This document shows, piece after piece, positions 26,641-40,348 of a stretch of DNA of 64,000 nt. The stretch spans positions 58,838,001 through 58,902,000 of the forward strand of contig NC_043012.1 in the NCBI RefSeq assembly GCF_006345805.1, in the 5' to 3' direction. The stretch's first letter is position 1. Each line of letters begins with the position of its first letter. The notes under the pieces were generated by a model, which saw only the letters and a list, made by a program, of their open reading frames with translations, searched no databases and was not told the origin of the DNA. The DNA comes from Octopus sinensis. Taxonomy: Eukaryota. The translations under genes and the position numbers were made by a program.

Positions 26641-27227
26641 ATATATATACATACACATACACATACACTGAACTACCAGTGTGTTAAAAATCTTGCATTC
26701 CAAGCACATGGTACGGTGTTCAATCCCACAGCGTGGTACCTTGGGAGATTGCCTTCTACCATAACCGCTAGCGACCACACCCTTGTTGAAACAAGCCCGT
26801 TGCATATATATATATATAATATATAATATATATTGTGTGTGTGTGTGTGTGTGTGTATGGATATATGTATATATATGCATCTGTGTGTTTGTGCGTATCT
26901 GTGTGTGTGTGTATGGATATATGTATATATATGCATCTGTGTGTTTGTGCGTATCTGTGTGTGAGTGTATCTGTGGTTGTGTACATTTGTCTCTGTTTGA
27001 CTCCTGTTCTTAACTTGACAACTAGTGTCGGTGTATGTATATCCCTGTATCTGAGCGGTTCTAGGCAAATACGTGCGCGCGTACACATAAACATATATAA
27101 AGAACACATGTGAGGTTTAAAATTCACAACCCCTGTTTCGGCACCATTTTATTCATACAATCGTTGATTATACTTCTTTATATATATAATATATATTATA
27201 TATAATATATATATATAGATATATATA

Positions 27228-27273
27228 TATAGATAGATGTAGATATAGATAGATAGATAGATAGATAGATAGT

Positions 27274-27369
<96 letters not shown>
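27228..27369. repeat. (GATA)n microsatellite
   Basis: Direct reading of the sequence. Confidence 0.95.
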
Positions 27370-29911
27370 CTGATGGGTGGAGTGAAGGATGGACGCATGG
27401 ATGCAAGGATAAAGAGTTTGGAGAATTAAACATTTCTAATCGGCTTACGAGAGTTTCGGATAAATTGGTACCAGATAATGCCATGAATTACCAGCCACAT
27501 ACTTTAATCGATCCAGATATGAGAGAGGAAGAGAGAGAGAGAGAGAGTTAGGAGAAAGATAGAAACAGACAGAGCGAATGGAAAAGAGGCAGACAGACAA
27601 GTAGTATTGTATACAGTCCGACAACATAAAAGTTGTCGAGAGAACAAAAAAAAGGGCGTGAGGTAATCGGTTTGGTGTAGTAATGGAGGTAGATGGTCAT
27701 GACGTTTCGGAAAATTTCATTTTGCAGGACTGTGTGTAGGTTTGAAGGAAATAAGGAATGACTAGCCAAAGTGGGGAAAATGTAAAAGGAGGAATTGAAT
27801 CGAAAATACTAATTTGAACCTTGTATGCATACGTGTATGTATATATGTTCGCATGCATATTTCTAGGTAGGAACGTATATATGTACCTGTTCGTACATGG
27901 AAAACTGAACACAGTGCAAAGTTGTCATAAAACCCATCGAAACCTAATAGATCAACTCCATTTCTAACCTTATACTCCTCGACTTTTGTTTAGTTTCGGC
28001 GTTGAAATCCTTGGCCTCTGGTGTAACGGCTCCGATACGTTTAACTAAATACATAGTCTACCCTTTCTCGCACTCTATAAAGGTATATATATAGGTACCT
28101 ATGTTCGTGTTTGTGCAGGGGCTTGAATGTGCGTGTGTTTGTGTGTCTGTGTGTGTGTGTGTGTGTATGTGTGTGTGTTTAGCAACATCTATATGAAGAG
28201 TACAGTGAACGTACCTGAGGATTGGAACATGCAACGTTTCGGATAGAGACTTTTGTCAGGGAAAATTTAAAGGAGAAAAATATGTGAAAGATGAGTGTTT
28301 TTCATTCTGTAAGTTAAGAAAACATCTGCTATATGTATGCACGCAGTTGTACGGAGAAATATAACTACATTTGTAGTTGACTGTGTATGTACATATATGT
28401 GTATACGTATATGCATACATATTTATTTAATAACGTGTTAGATATGTTTACATACGATTCGGTGATATATATCTGCAAATGATGTAAAACTATGAAATAT
28501 AAAAGCGATTAGCCGAAGCATTTGCATAAAGACTTTTGGGATATTTTTTCACACCAGCTGCGCAGACACCCTTAATAAACAAACGAACAAAAAGCAAAAA
28601 TAAAACAAATCAAAATGATGGAGACCAACGTGGGTCAGAATATCATACCAAGTAGTTATTGGGATTTATGTTTTATTATATTGCCGGTTGTTGAAAAAAT
28701 CTGAGGTTTCTTATAGACGACATTTTTACTGTGAGTTTGTTTTTTAAATATATTCTCTCTCCCTTCTCATCTTCGATGTCTCACTCTCTCTCTCTCTCTC
28801 TCTCTCTTTCTCTGATCTCTTTCCCTCTCTTTCCTCTTCTATCTCTCCCCACCGGTTACTTCCCCTCTATTAGACGATCCATTAAGCGCGAGATATCAGA
28901 TTCTGCCTCTTGGAACATCATACGAATCTAGCCACAGTCATGAACCTGACAGTCCCTCGTTACTCTTTCCATTGTAAATGTAACGAACCAGTAATTGGCC
29001 ACTGGGAAAAACCTCCAAACAAACCACACTATTCTACATAAAGCGCCACTCTTCTATAAAAAAAAATATAAATAAATAAAATATTTTTAATCTAATAATA
29101 TAATTATATTTTTATAATGTAATACATTATTTTCATTAAATATACGGTTCGCAAAATGCTATGAAAAAATATAATAATAGTGTTGTACAACATAAACGAC
29201 GATTAATCAGAGCAAATTCATTTTTCTAATGATGATTTTCTTTGCGCATGCTTAGAAGTCAAATTCTAAGTGATAAATTAATCTCACATTTTTTATACAA
29301 TGTTTTGTATGATATTCACTTTGAGGCTGATATGCTTTTATTTTCCCTCAAACTTCCATTAAGCAGCCATCTTTTATTATTCCTTGATTTGTTGAGTTTT
29401 TTTTTATTCCTTTTTATTTCATTTTTCTAATGTAATTTGTTGAACATTTATCTAAATGTCTCCTTTTAAAAGTTAATATTTGGTCACGTGCGGCCACAGA
29501 CTTGTCGTAGTGATGCTTTCATTTGTAGTCGTTGTTCTTGTTTAGTTCGAGGCGAGTTGTTATAGAAAACGTATATGATAATAGATCTTCCTGCTGTGTT
29601 CAACCAATTTTTCTATCAACATAGTTTAGGTAGCACCATGGCATTTCAACGTGTTCTTCTTTCCCAAAAATTATAGGATACGATTTTGAGGCAGATATAT
29701 ATATATACATGGCCAGTGACTCTAACGAGTAGATGGACATGTCAATGCGGAGATGTCTTAAGAAAGAATAGTACTCGAGTACCAAAGATAAACTTTTATT
29801 AAAGCTGGAAAATAATCACAAAAATTTTACTCAGAATTTCACGTTCCGACAAACGGGAACGTGAAGCTCCGAGGAACGGTTCTAATGTAATTTTGCCGCT
29901 ATTAATAGACG

Positions 29912-29943
<32 letters not shown>

Positions 29944-30356
29944 GAGAGAGAGACAGACAGACAGACTTATAAATATATATATATGTGTATATGAGTGTGT
30001 GTGTTTCTATGTATATAAGTACATACATTCATGCACATACACGCACATAGATAGATAGATTGGTAGGTAGGTAGGTAGGTAGGTAGGTACATAGGCACGT
30101 AGGTAGGTAGGTGGTTTGGTAGGTAGGAAGGTAGATTGGAAGGTAGATAGATACATAGAAACATACACAGACAGAGATGTGTGTGTGTGTGTGTGTGTGT
30201 GTGTGAGTGTGTGTGTGAAAGGCAGTGGTTTTGTGGTTAGGGAGTTTCACTCGTAATCGTGAGATTTTGGTTTCGATTTGTGGTTAGGGATTGCGTTGTA
30301 TACAGGAGCAGAACATGAAATAGCCAAATATTTAAATATGTATAAAGCTAAGACCT

Positions 30357-30420
30357 AAGAACGTAACGGCAGACGAAATACCGTTGAGCATTTCGCCCGC
30401 CGTGCTAACGTTTCTGCCAG
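30357..30420 (-). mobile_element. family B SINE head fragment
   Basis: AGAACGTAACGGCAGACGAAATACCGTTGAGCATTTCGCCCGCCGTGCTAACGTTTCTGCCAG closely matches about 57298-57360. Confidence 0.8.
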
Positions 30421-30430
30421 TACACACACA

Positions 30431-30461
<31 letters not shown>

Positions 30462-30519
30462 CACCACACAACACACCCACACACACACAAACAAACACAC
30501 ACGCGCACATACACACACG

Positions 30520-30551
<32 letters not shown>

Positions 30552-31667
30552 AACACACACACGTGCACACACACTCACAAACCACATACCACACACACAC
30601 ACCCAAATATATACATATGTGTATGTGTATGTGCATGCGTAGTCTAGGAAAGAGAGAAAAGGAGAGGAAGAGAGCTTCTAAAGAATCTTCCGTTAGAAAC
30701 CAAATTTTGGTGAATTCATAAATCTATTACCGCAAACTATAAAATCAAAATATTTTGCAGCACAAGATTCCAGAAAGCGATCAATATAGTTTCTTAGAAA
30801 AGAAAACACGGGCGCCATGTCAAGTAGACATCCCATAATAAGCATGACCTCAATAATGTCTGAAATAGCCAAATATTTATATATGTATAAAGCTAAGACC
30901 TAAGACCGAATAAATATAAATAACCAATTCATGACCGAATACTATTTCAGAGTCACCGAATTCAAATATGCATTCATACGTTGGACCTGATTGACATTTC
31001 AAATAACTGCGAAAATTTTCTTCTCCACTTAATTACGCCGATAAGGTTTTATGCTATGGAAAATATATTTTATAATACAATACTTCCATTTACATTTACA
31101 GCATACGTGTATTGTAAAATTATCTCCCCGATTTAATATACTTTTATAGATTGGCTGGTAATTAAACATTAGATAAAATGAATACGAAAAACCATAGCGA
31201 AAGTTAATTAATCTAACTTTTCAAATCTATTATAATTCATGAACTGGGGAAAGAAGACACCCATGCTATTTATTTGGATTATGAACGAATTAAGATACGG
31301 CTGAGAAAAGGCTTCAATCTGAAACTAGCAATTATTATTCTACAATAGAGCGTGGTGGATTTTCATTTAAATTTGATTTTCTATATTAATATTTAATACT
31401 ATGCTTAGGCCTGCTCCACGATAGTCAACGTGAATTAAGAATATAATCTTTATACCATTCACTTAAAATGAAAATATAATAAATATAACTCTGAGCCGTG
31501 AACGTTTTGGTCCGTTCATAATACGTCGTTTATTTTGCAATGCCGTGAAAATGAATGCAAACTCAGTCAAGTAAGGTCGATCCTATCCTATCTCTCATTA
31601 GATTGTAAATTGTAAATTAAAGTAGGCGAAAATGACGACTCCGGGGAGAAGGTAGAGTCTTCCAATT

Positions 31668-31868
31668 GATTTGTTATGGCTGCGACAAAACGTTAGCACG
31701 CCGCACAAAATATTTAGAAACGTTACTTCCAATTTTATATTCTTAGTTGAAATTCTACCGAATTTGAAATTTATACCTTCGGGGTCTTTTATACATTCGG
31801 GGTCGACAAAATATGTATCAGTTGAACACTGGGATCAATATAATCGTCTTTTATCTTCCCCATAAATT
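31668..31868 (+). mobile_element. family B SINE, old diverged copy
   Basis: AAAACGTTAGCACGCCG head remnant and CATTCGGGGTCGACAAAATATGTATCAG body remnant. Confidence 0.6.
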
Positions 31869-31899
31869 TCTATTTTAGAAAGCAGCCTTATCATAGTTC

Positions 31900-32320
31900 A
31901 GTAGGCATATTTTCATCATATAATTTCACTGCATTATCAAGCGCAGCTCTAGATCCTCGTGTATTTGTTGTGCTTTCCTACTTTATTGAACGTGCTTTTC
32001 GTAAGAGGTGTGCCCGGTCCTAGTAGATACTGTATACTATATATATTCGTAAGTCCTGGCGTTTCGGCCATGTATTTGTGTGTATGGGTTTTAACCATAC
32101 TTAATTCTTATAGAGATTATTTCTCTCTTTAGTCTCCACTTTCAGGTCATTTCTATTTCCAGATCTTTGTATTTCGAGAGTTTCTGTTCTTTTTTGAGAT
32201 ACATTGTCATTTGTTGTGACTGGTATGTCAATTAGAAGACACTTTTTAAAAATATCTCTTACCCAATTAACCTTGATCTCTCTAATCTGTACACTGGAAA
32301 ATCCCAGAGCATGGTTCATT
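31900..32320 (-). mobile_element. 3' end of an R4/Dong-type (restriction-like endonuclease) non-LTR retrotransposon
   Basis: Minus strand with a frameshift gives KCLLIDIPVTTNDNVSQ/KEQKLSKYKDLEIEMT*KW...PGLTNIY...LG, matching the PD..D...KxxKY.DL endonuclease C-terminus of RLE-type LINEs. Confidence 0.72.
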
Positions 32321-33719
32321 TGTCATTTTCTGAGTCCTTTTCAGAGATATATCTATACAATCTCTTTTCTGTTGTCATTTCGTAGTGTTGGCATAGTATC
32401 TACTGAACATAGGCCCACGACACTGTCATGCTTATGGATATCTACCTTATTAGGACTGGGCAGTCAGAGACAATATGATTTATTTTTCCTTCCCCCGTCA
32501 CTACTTATGCAGTTAATAGTATTATTCTTCATTACAGACACAGACACACACACGTAGGTATACATACCTACCTACCCTACATACATACATACATACATAC
32601 ATACATACATACATACATACATACATGGGATATGCAACACACTACCTAAATACCAATCTTAAGAAATTAGTCTTCTTAAAACCAGAAAGTAGTTTTAGCG
32701 ACAATGAGATCGTTGCTGTTGTTGTGTAGCCCCAGGTTGTTCATGACCGGCGTATCTACGGTCAAAAGCAATAATGTTATGTCAACCATGTTTCCATTTG
32801 TCCATTTTTTTTAATCATAGTACTTTGTTATCAAATATACACTTCAATTGTAAAGAGAGCAATGTCTTCAAGAAGATTTTACATATATTTCTAGTAGTTG
32901 TATTATTTGTTCTGGGTGTCGCTTTAAACACAACACTTGGCGTTGGAACTTTGGGTCAATAGATTCGAGGTTTTGAGGATTGAGGAACCACCACTTAGCG
33001 AGTGTTGCTTCCATGTCTACCCTGACCCAGCGTAGTAGCACCTGTTAGGGTCACAGTGGGTTAGTTACCATGTTAGGGAAGAAACTCCAAGTCTTATGAG
33101 TGTCTTAAGAAAGGAAATGGCTTGGGAACTCAGCAAATCAAGAAGTGGAGACGAACAGGAGACCCGGGTCCCTTTTGGTAACTTTCGGCAAATGCAGAGA
33201 AGGCAATGTCATCCGCATCTGTAACAGTATCCACATAGAAGAAGGTCATTTCAATATAAAACCTTCTGCGTCCTGGTTGACACTGTTGTCTTAACCCGCT
33301 GAGCAACTCTAATATGACCTCCAAGTCTAATGAGTAGGATCGGTTTGTGCATACTCGCTCACACTTTAAAGCTATTAAATGCAGACAGGAAAAGAAAAAC
33401 CTCCAGCTTCGAAAATAGGTTTACATAGCCACTAGATGGGATGGCACTCTTCCTCGTGAACTTCGAACCCAAACAAACAGCAACTATGTGTGACCATGTA
33501 CAATTTTTCACATAACTCGATCCAAATGATGCTTTTGCAGATCTCCTCACGGAGCAAACCGTCTGATATGCCCGGTAGTAAATGGATCTGAGCGGTTGTT
33601 AATACATTTAAGTTTAATTATTTGGAATAGATTATGGGCCTACTTGATTGCTGCAACAGATTTTGAACTTAGTTTATAGAAGGATAAAAGTGCATACTAT
33701 GAAACATTTTCTCCGTTAC

Positions 33720-34225
33720 TGCAACAGTTATACCATTCAATGCTATCAAATTTCTTTTACCCCGGTATAACTTGTCTTACTCTTAGAACAGTTTTTAAGA
33801 GTTTTTCATCGATTCGTTCTACAATGCAATAAAAACATATTAAAGTATGTCTTTTATTTTTTTGGTATTACTGTCTTCTTTACCACTCACTCTCTTTTTC
33901 TATACAAACATAAAATAAAAGGATGACATATATGTCGACTTTTTTATGCCCATTCAGACAAAGTTAAGAGAAGGGATGAAATGGAATTAATTCTCAAAAC
34001 GTGTGGAATACGAAAAGAAATAAGTAATAAAAGAGATGTCAATTGAGAAGATGAACAATATACTGGAACACTTACACACACACAGAAAAAATTCTCCTTC
34101 ATCGTCAATTCTTAAAATGACATAAAACGAAGAAAAAAATAAGGTAAAAATACGAGCTCCAGCGTATCTAAAAATTTCATATCTCCTAATAGTTGTTCTT
34201 GAACCGGATACTATCATAAATATAA
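33720..34225. repeat. diverged interspersed repeat, inverted partner of 37180-37740
   Basis: Blocks such as CTTAGAACAGTTTTTAAGAGTTTTTCATCG and GATGTCAATTGAGAAGATGAACAA match the reverse complement of segments in 37180-37740. Confidence 0.7.
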
Positions 34226-34814
34226 ATATATTTATTGCAAGTTTCAAGAACTCATGCAGTATTTCTTATGCAGCTGCCCTGTTCTAGTTGCCTTCGAAAG
34301 ACAGACTCGGGGCAAAGACAATTTGTTAAACTGGAGATAAACAAATGATATTTCTATTATAACCGGCGAAAATATAAGAGGAATTAAAAATATTAAAATG
34401 CTAGTTTATTCATAGACCGGAGATTTCTGTTGTAATTTAATATAGCATTGTCTATTGAGATACAGACGGAAAGTGGATAGGGCGCTAGGGTACCGAAGAC
34501 TACTTGTTATATATATGAATCTTGTAAACTGTGTGCCTGACATGCCGTTCTGTCAGGCAGTAAGTCAGGAAATATTCGAGCTGATACGCACCATTCCTCG
34601 CTGGAATGAAACGCCTAACTGCTGTCTAGAATTTCTGTTCGAAACCGCTCAAGGGAACACAGTTGAAGGACGGCGAAGTGGAGATACACAACGAAAATCC
34701 TTGTACGCAGCGCTGAAGAAGTGTCGGTGTTTACCGAGATTCTACTTTCTGTGACAGTGGTCTGTCATCAGCGGCGATTGCTGACTGCCAGAGTACCTAG
34801 AAGGACTCCCCAAT

Positions 34815-35160
34815 CATGATGATGGTGGGGGATGGTGGTGGTGGTGGTGGTTTTGTTGGTGGAGATGATGATCAGGATGATAATGATGATGATGGTGATT
34901 GTGATAATGACGATGAGGAGGAGGAGAAGGGGGAGGAGGGGACGGGATGGGAGGAGGGGGTGAAGAGGAGGAAGAGAATAAGGGGGCGGGGAAGAGGGGA
35001 GGGGAGGAGGAGGAAAGAGGAGGAGGAAAGGGGAGGAGGAAAGGGTGAAGGCGGGAGAGAAGAGAGGAGGAAGAAGAAGAGGTGGATGATAGTAGTTACA
35101 GTAGAGGAGTAGGAGAAGGATGGTAGTAGGAGGATTGTAGAGGGTGGCAGCGGTGATGTA
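34815..35160. repeat. (GGT)/(GAT)/(GAG) purine-rich low-complexity tract
   Basis: Direct reading of the sequence. Confidence 0.9.
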
Positions 35161-35569
35161 GTCATTCGCTCTGCAGTATATTCGCTGACAAAGTATTAGG
35201 ACATGGCAATGTTAAGACTACAGACTTAGGCTCGTAAAGAATAAGCCCTGGGGTCGATTTGTTCGAGTAAATGACTGAAAGAAATAAAAGAATAAGAGAA
35301 TAAAAGAATATGTATATACGTATGTTTGAATTTATGTGTGTATTTTCTGCATGGATGTATGTGTATATAGGTAACTCACCATTTCTTAAGGTTTCGTTTC
35401 CTCTTTATACTTCCTCCATCCAATGTATGCTGTTCCTGATTACTAATTCTATATGAAGATGCAAGTTTTGTGTTATGTGATTCTCTGTCTGAAGAAATTC
35501 TAAGAAGTTCCTTACATGACTATCCAACATGAACAACTTTGTGAATCCTATTTATAAATGAAACATATA

Positions 35570-35972
35570 GGCGCAGGAGTGGCTGTTTGGTAAGTAGCTT
35601 GCTAACCAACCACATGGTTCCGGGTTCAGTCCCACTGCGTGGCATCTTGGGTAAGTGTCTTCTGTTATAGCCCCCGGCCGACCAATGCCTTGTGAGTGGA
35701 TTTGGTAGACGGAAACTGAAAGAAGCCTGTCGTGTATATATATATATAAGTGTGCGTGTATATGTTTATGTGTCTGTGTTTGTCCCCCTAGCATTGCTTG
35801 ACAACCGATGCTGGTGTGTTTACGTCCCCGTCACTAGCGGTTCAGCAAAAGAGACCGATAGAATAAGTACTGGGCTTACAAAGAATAAGTCCCGGGGTCG
35901 ATTTGCTCGACTAAAGGCGGTTATCCAGCATGGCCGCAGTCAAATGACTGAAACAAGTAAAAGAGTAAAGGG
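35570..35972 (+). mobile_element. tRNA-derived SINE, family A
   Basis: Full-length plus-strand copy. A 3' fragment of the same family also lies at 35222-35310. Confidence 0.9.
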
Positions 35973-36021
35973 TATATCTAATGTTGAATAAATAATATCG
36001 GAAAATTTTCTTCCAGTTTTT

Positions 36022-36265
36022 GTTCTTGAGCAAGACACTTAATTTCACGTTGCTCCAGTTCACGCAACTGTAGAAATGAGTCCGCATGTCGCTGGCGCCA
36101 ATCCGCATCGGCCTTTGCCTTTCCCTTGGATAACATCAGTGGCATAAAGAGCGGATGGGAGACTGCAAGTCTTCCATAAACAACCTTGTCCCGACTTGTG
36201 CCTCGGAGTGTAACATTTGAGGCGCAATCCTATGGTCATTCATGACTGAAGGATGTCTTTACCCT
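36022..36265 (+). mobile_element. headless SINE with CORE-like central domain
   Basis: GAGCAAGACACTTAATTTCACGTTGCTCCAGTTCACGCAACTGTAGAAATGAGT resembles the CORE-SINE domain (GGGCAAGTCACTTAA...CAGTTTCCTCATCTGTAAAATG). The family assignment is an inference. Confidence 0.5.
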
Positions 36266-36474
36266 ATATAATATTGTTTCAAGTGTTGTTATTGAAGTAT
36301 ATCTACTCTGAACGCTTTCCTTGGAATTGACCAAGATCACTGACCGCTGTTTTCTGAGCAACACCATTATGTTGATAGTCTATATATTAGAGTGTGTATT
36401 TATCAGGATATTTGTATCTCTCATTTAAACCATCTATCTGTGTAATTCTCCGTCTTTTCAACTAACTGTCGTTA

Positions 36475-36543
<69 letters not shown>

Positions 36544-36749
36544 GTCTACCTGTCTGTCTGTTTGTCTATGTATCTAATTGCTAGCGAGCCTCACACATGC
36601 ATATATGTATATATGAAAATGCGCATGTATATTTATGTACGAATACAGATCTGTATACACATTCACACACATATATCATACACGCATACAAGCACGCTGA
36701 TGTCTATTCACATAAATAGATGAATGCATAAGTGCACACACACACACAC

Positions 36750-36799
<50 letters not shown>

Positions 36800-36892
36800 C
36801 ATAGTACATAGTATGCATATATATAATATATATATGTATGTGGTATATATATACACACATATATATATATCATAGGTACATACGTATGCATA

Positions 36893-36931
<39 letters not shown>

Positions 36932-37179
36932 TTATACATATATATACATATCATATATACATATATATATATATATAATATAATATATATAATATATATA
37001 TATATATATTATATATATAATTGTGGTTATACAGAAAACGTAGTTAGCGTGCAAAACGATAACTAGAGGGCTTAAGGAAATCGAAGAGAAAACAAGTCAG
37101 CATAAAACATGTCATACATACACAAACACATACAGACACACACACACACATATATAAACGCACACACATATACATATAA

Positions 37180-37740
37180 TATTTATGATATTATCCTGTC
37201 CAAGAACGTCTATTAGGTAAGATCAAATAAATTTCTAGTTTGTTCAAACTCCTGTTGTTGGTTTATATTGGTATTTTTTAAAAACTTTTTACCATTTTCA
37301 GAATTGACAATAAACTACATTTTTTTTTCTTGTGTTCCCCAATGTTGTTCATCTTCTCAACTGACATATCTTTTATTACAGTTTTTTTTTCTAATATTCC
37401 ACACGGTTTAGTATTAACTTCATTCCACCCCCTACTCCTAAGTTTGTATGAAACGGGCATAAAAAAAATTTCGAAAGATATGTCAGTCTTCTGTTTTATA
37501 TATCGAGACAGAGTGGGAGAGAGAGGAGAGAAAGCGAGATAATTAGATATGTATAGAGTACAGGGTAGATAGAAAGAGAGAAACAGAAAGATACAACATA
37601 ATAAAAGTCAGAGTTTAAATGTTTTTATTGTACAGTAGAATGAAACGATGAAAACCTCTTAAAAGCTGTTCTAAGAATAAATTATTTCGGGGTAAATATA
37701 GTTAGATAACATCGGTTAATAGTGATATAACTGTGACGTG
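37180..37740. repeat. diverged interspersed repeat, inverted partner of 33720-34225
   Basis: See 33720-34225. Confidence 0.7.
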
Positions 37741-38079
37741 TAATTTGATGTTAATACGTTTTCCTATATACTTGCATTTTACATATCTTATATCTTATAC
37801 TGTTTTTTTTTTGTTTGTTTATATCCTCTTTCAGTCATTACCTTCCGGCCATTCTGGGTGGGGACGTTTTCAATAAGGGTATAGTCGAATAAATCGCGCG
37901 AGGTTCTTACTTTTCACGTCTGATAGTTATTTCAGCATTGTCTTCTGCAGGATCGTTGAAGTATTGAGACGTAGAACAAACTCTCGCTTCAGGACTCACA
38001 TATACATACATACACACGGATAAGCATACACGCAAACACAACGCCGAAACATGTATATATACACACACAAATATATATA

Positions 38080-38123
<44 letters not shown>

Positions 38124-38254
38124 CATATATATATACATTCATACATATGTGTACATATATATATGTATGCATATATATGTGTATACATAAGTATATACGT
38201 GCAAATGTATATATATGTATATATTATATATCCCGGGGTGACGAACCCTGTTGC

Positions 38255-38482
38255 ACATTCTCAACACAACTTCTCTCACTCTTTCTTTCTGTTTCAGTTG
38301 TATCTGTATTTCAAAGGGCCAGTCTTGTCACACTCTGTGTCACGCTGAATCTCCCCGAGAACTACGTTAAGGGTCCGTGTGTCTGTGGAGTGATCAGCCA
38401 CTTGCACGTTAATTTCACGAGCAGGCTATTCCGTTGATCGGACCAAGGGGAACTCTCGTCGTCTTAACCGATGGAGTGCCAA
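38255..38482 (+). mobile_element. family C SINE, 3' half
   Basis: Aligns to about 42630-42845 (CACAACTTTCTCTCACTC...GAGAACTACGTTAAGGGT...AACCGATGGAGTGCC). Confidence 0.85.
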
Positions 38483-38515
38483 CAGTATACATATATCATA
38501 TATATTATATATATA

Positions 38516-38554
<39 letters not shown>

Positions 38555-39949
38555 GTGTACATTTAAACACATAAGAGGTATCCATCATATGAACCTGGCA
38601 CGCTAGATGTAATAACCAAAATACGAACCAAGTGGTTTGGATTTTGGCTATTCCTTCTAGCGTGCTAGGTATCCCATGATTGAGCCCCTTATGTGTTTAA
38701 ATGTATACTGCATTTATATGTATGTATATATATATGTATATATATATATATAATATATATATATATATATTATATATATATATAGATCTATGTATATGTA
38801 TATATGTGTGTATATATATGTATGTGTATATATAGGCGTATATATACATATATATATAGATATATATATACACATACACTCACACAGTCATGTCTATATT
38901 TGTGCATGCATGTGTATGTAATGATACTCTTCACCATACAGTTTGGTGTCAAATTAAAAAGCAGATTTTCTGTCGTACTTCTAACACGAGTTGAGTGAAT
39001 ACGCATTTGATTGCGTGAAACTAGTGGTACCCGACATCATATCTATAAAAGGAAGGATGTGCGCGCGCGTGTGTGTGTGTGTGTACGTGATTGTAATTTA
39101 TGCACGTCCACAAATTAGCACGCATGTCGCTCAAAATTTAGGAGGACATTCGTCAACAACCTATCTGGGTTTTGTCAACTTATTTTTCTCCCGAGGCACC
39201 CGCAGATAGGGTAGCTTTTAGCCATAAAAATATCAGTCATAGCTTTCTTGATGGCGTCTAACAAAAAAAAAATAAGATTAAAAAAAGTGGAAGTAGGAGG
39301 CAGAGAGTTTCACGGGAAAGACAAAGTGAGAGAGAGAGGAGAGAGAGAGAGAGAATGACAACGTTCATAAAAAATAAAATGCAAAATGAAAGACACTCTA
39401 TATTTTATAATCATAGTATATATACTTTCTCACACAACAATTACAATATATTTATTTTAAATCATTTATCTATTTTAAATGTTCATCTTTCTCCCCCTCT
39501 CTCTCTCTCACGCAGATTACTTTGGGTGCGAAAGAGTTTTGTTTTTATTTTACGCCGAGTAAAAAAGTGTTTTGTTGACAATCCATTTATTTAACAACAA
39601 AGGAACTAAGAGGTGAGTAAGAATTTGTCAGTGAATTACACAATATAAATGGGTACATTTTGCGAGGCTTCCACCACACCCCACTCCGTTTCACGGACAA
39701 CAAAAAGGGTTTTGAGGCCAGAGTAGTTGATTTCACACAAAAAAAACGATTTTTATTCTTAGTGAAAATCGTGCGAGTGGTAATCTACAAATGTAACAGC
39801 ATTTTTTCCATTCATTTCTGTTTATGAACATGTATGCGTGCACAAAACATGCAATAGGTGTACGTACGTGTGTGTATGAGTGTTCGTGTCTGTTGCCCAT
39901 ATATATTTATATTATATTATGTATATATAATATATATAATATAACTAAT

Positions 39950-40066
39950 TTCAACGGATTTCGCCCAAATTTGACGTCTATATTACTTAGTTTGGTTTGA
40001 AATAAAGAACTTGATTAGCTTAGTAATCGTAACTTAATCCCGGGCAAGGCCGGTTATACTGCTAGT
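39950..40066 (+). mobile_element. Helitron-like 3' terminus
   Basis: CCGG-GCAAGG-CCGG hairpin (40040-40053) followed 8 nt later by CTAG|T (40062-40066), the canonical Helitron 3' signature. No 5' end identified. Confidence 0.5.
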
Positions 40067-40139
40067 GATATATAAAATAGCACTGTGAAACGAAGGGGTA
40101 ACACACCGTTATTTTAATGAAATGTTGTTTCAAGTACAT

Positions 40140-40348
40140 TGTTGTGTGGAAGTAGAACACCCTATTGCTTGTCTCCTAATGGACTGTGCCACAATATAAA
40201 TGGACATGCGCAGAGAGTGTAAGGAAGTCTTGAGCAGTGTACAGCCGGGAATTGCGTATTATTGAGGGTTATTACCAGTATCTTGAGTAGAACGATTTGC
40301 TAAGACATTATTAGTATCCCGTTATATCGTCGAATGTTTTGTACAACT
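40140..40348 (+). repeat. 5' LTR
   Basis: Direct repeat of 42299-42470, with two extra internal blocks relative to the 3' LTR. Contains a TATA-like AATATAAAT. Confidence 0.9.

Noticed and set aside
33120-33560. Complex-sequence region possibly a decayed LINE ORF1 or exon
   Set aside because: All frames are interrupted and no recognisable motif could be confirmed.
34455-34754. 99-aa non-repetitive ORF, faintly like an RTE LINE C-terminus
   Set aside because: Only loose similarity (GxRxxG...LKKC) with no diagnostic motif or splice signals, so it cannot be assigned.
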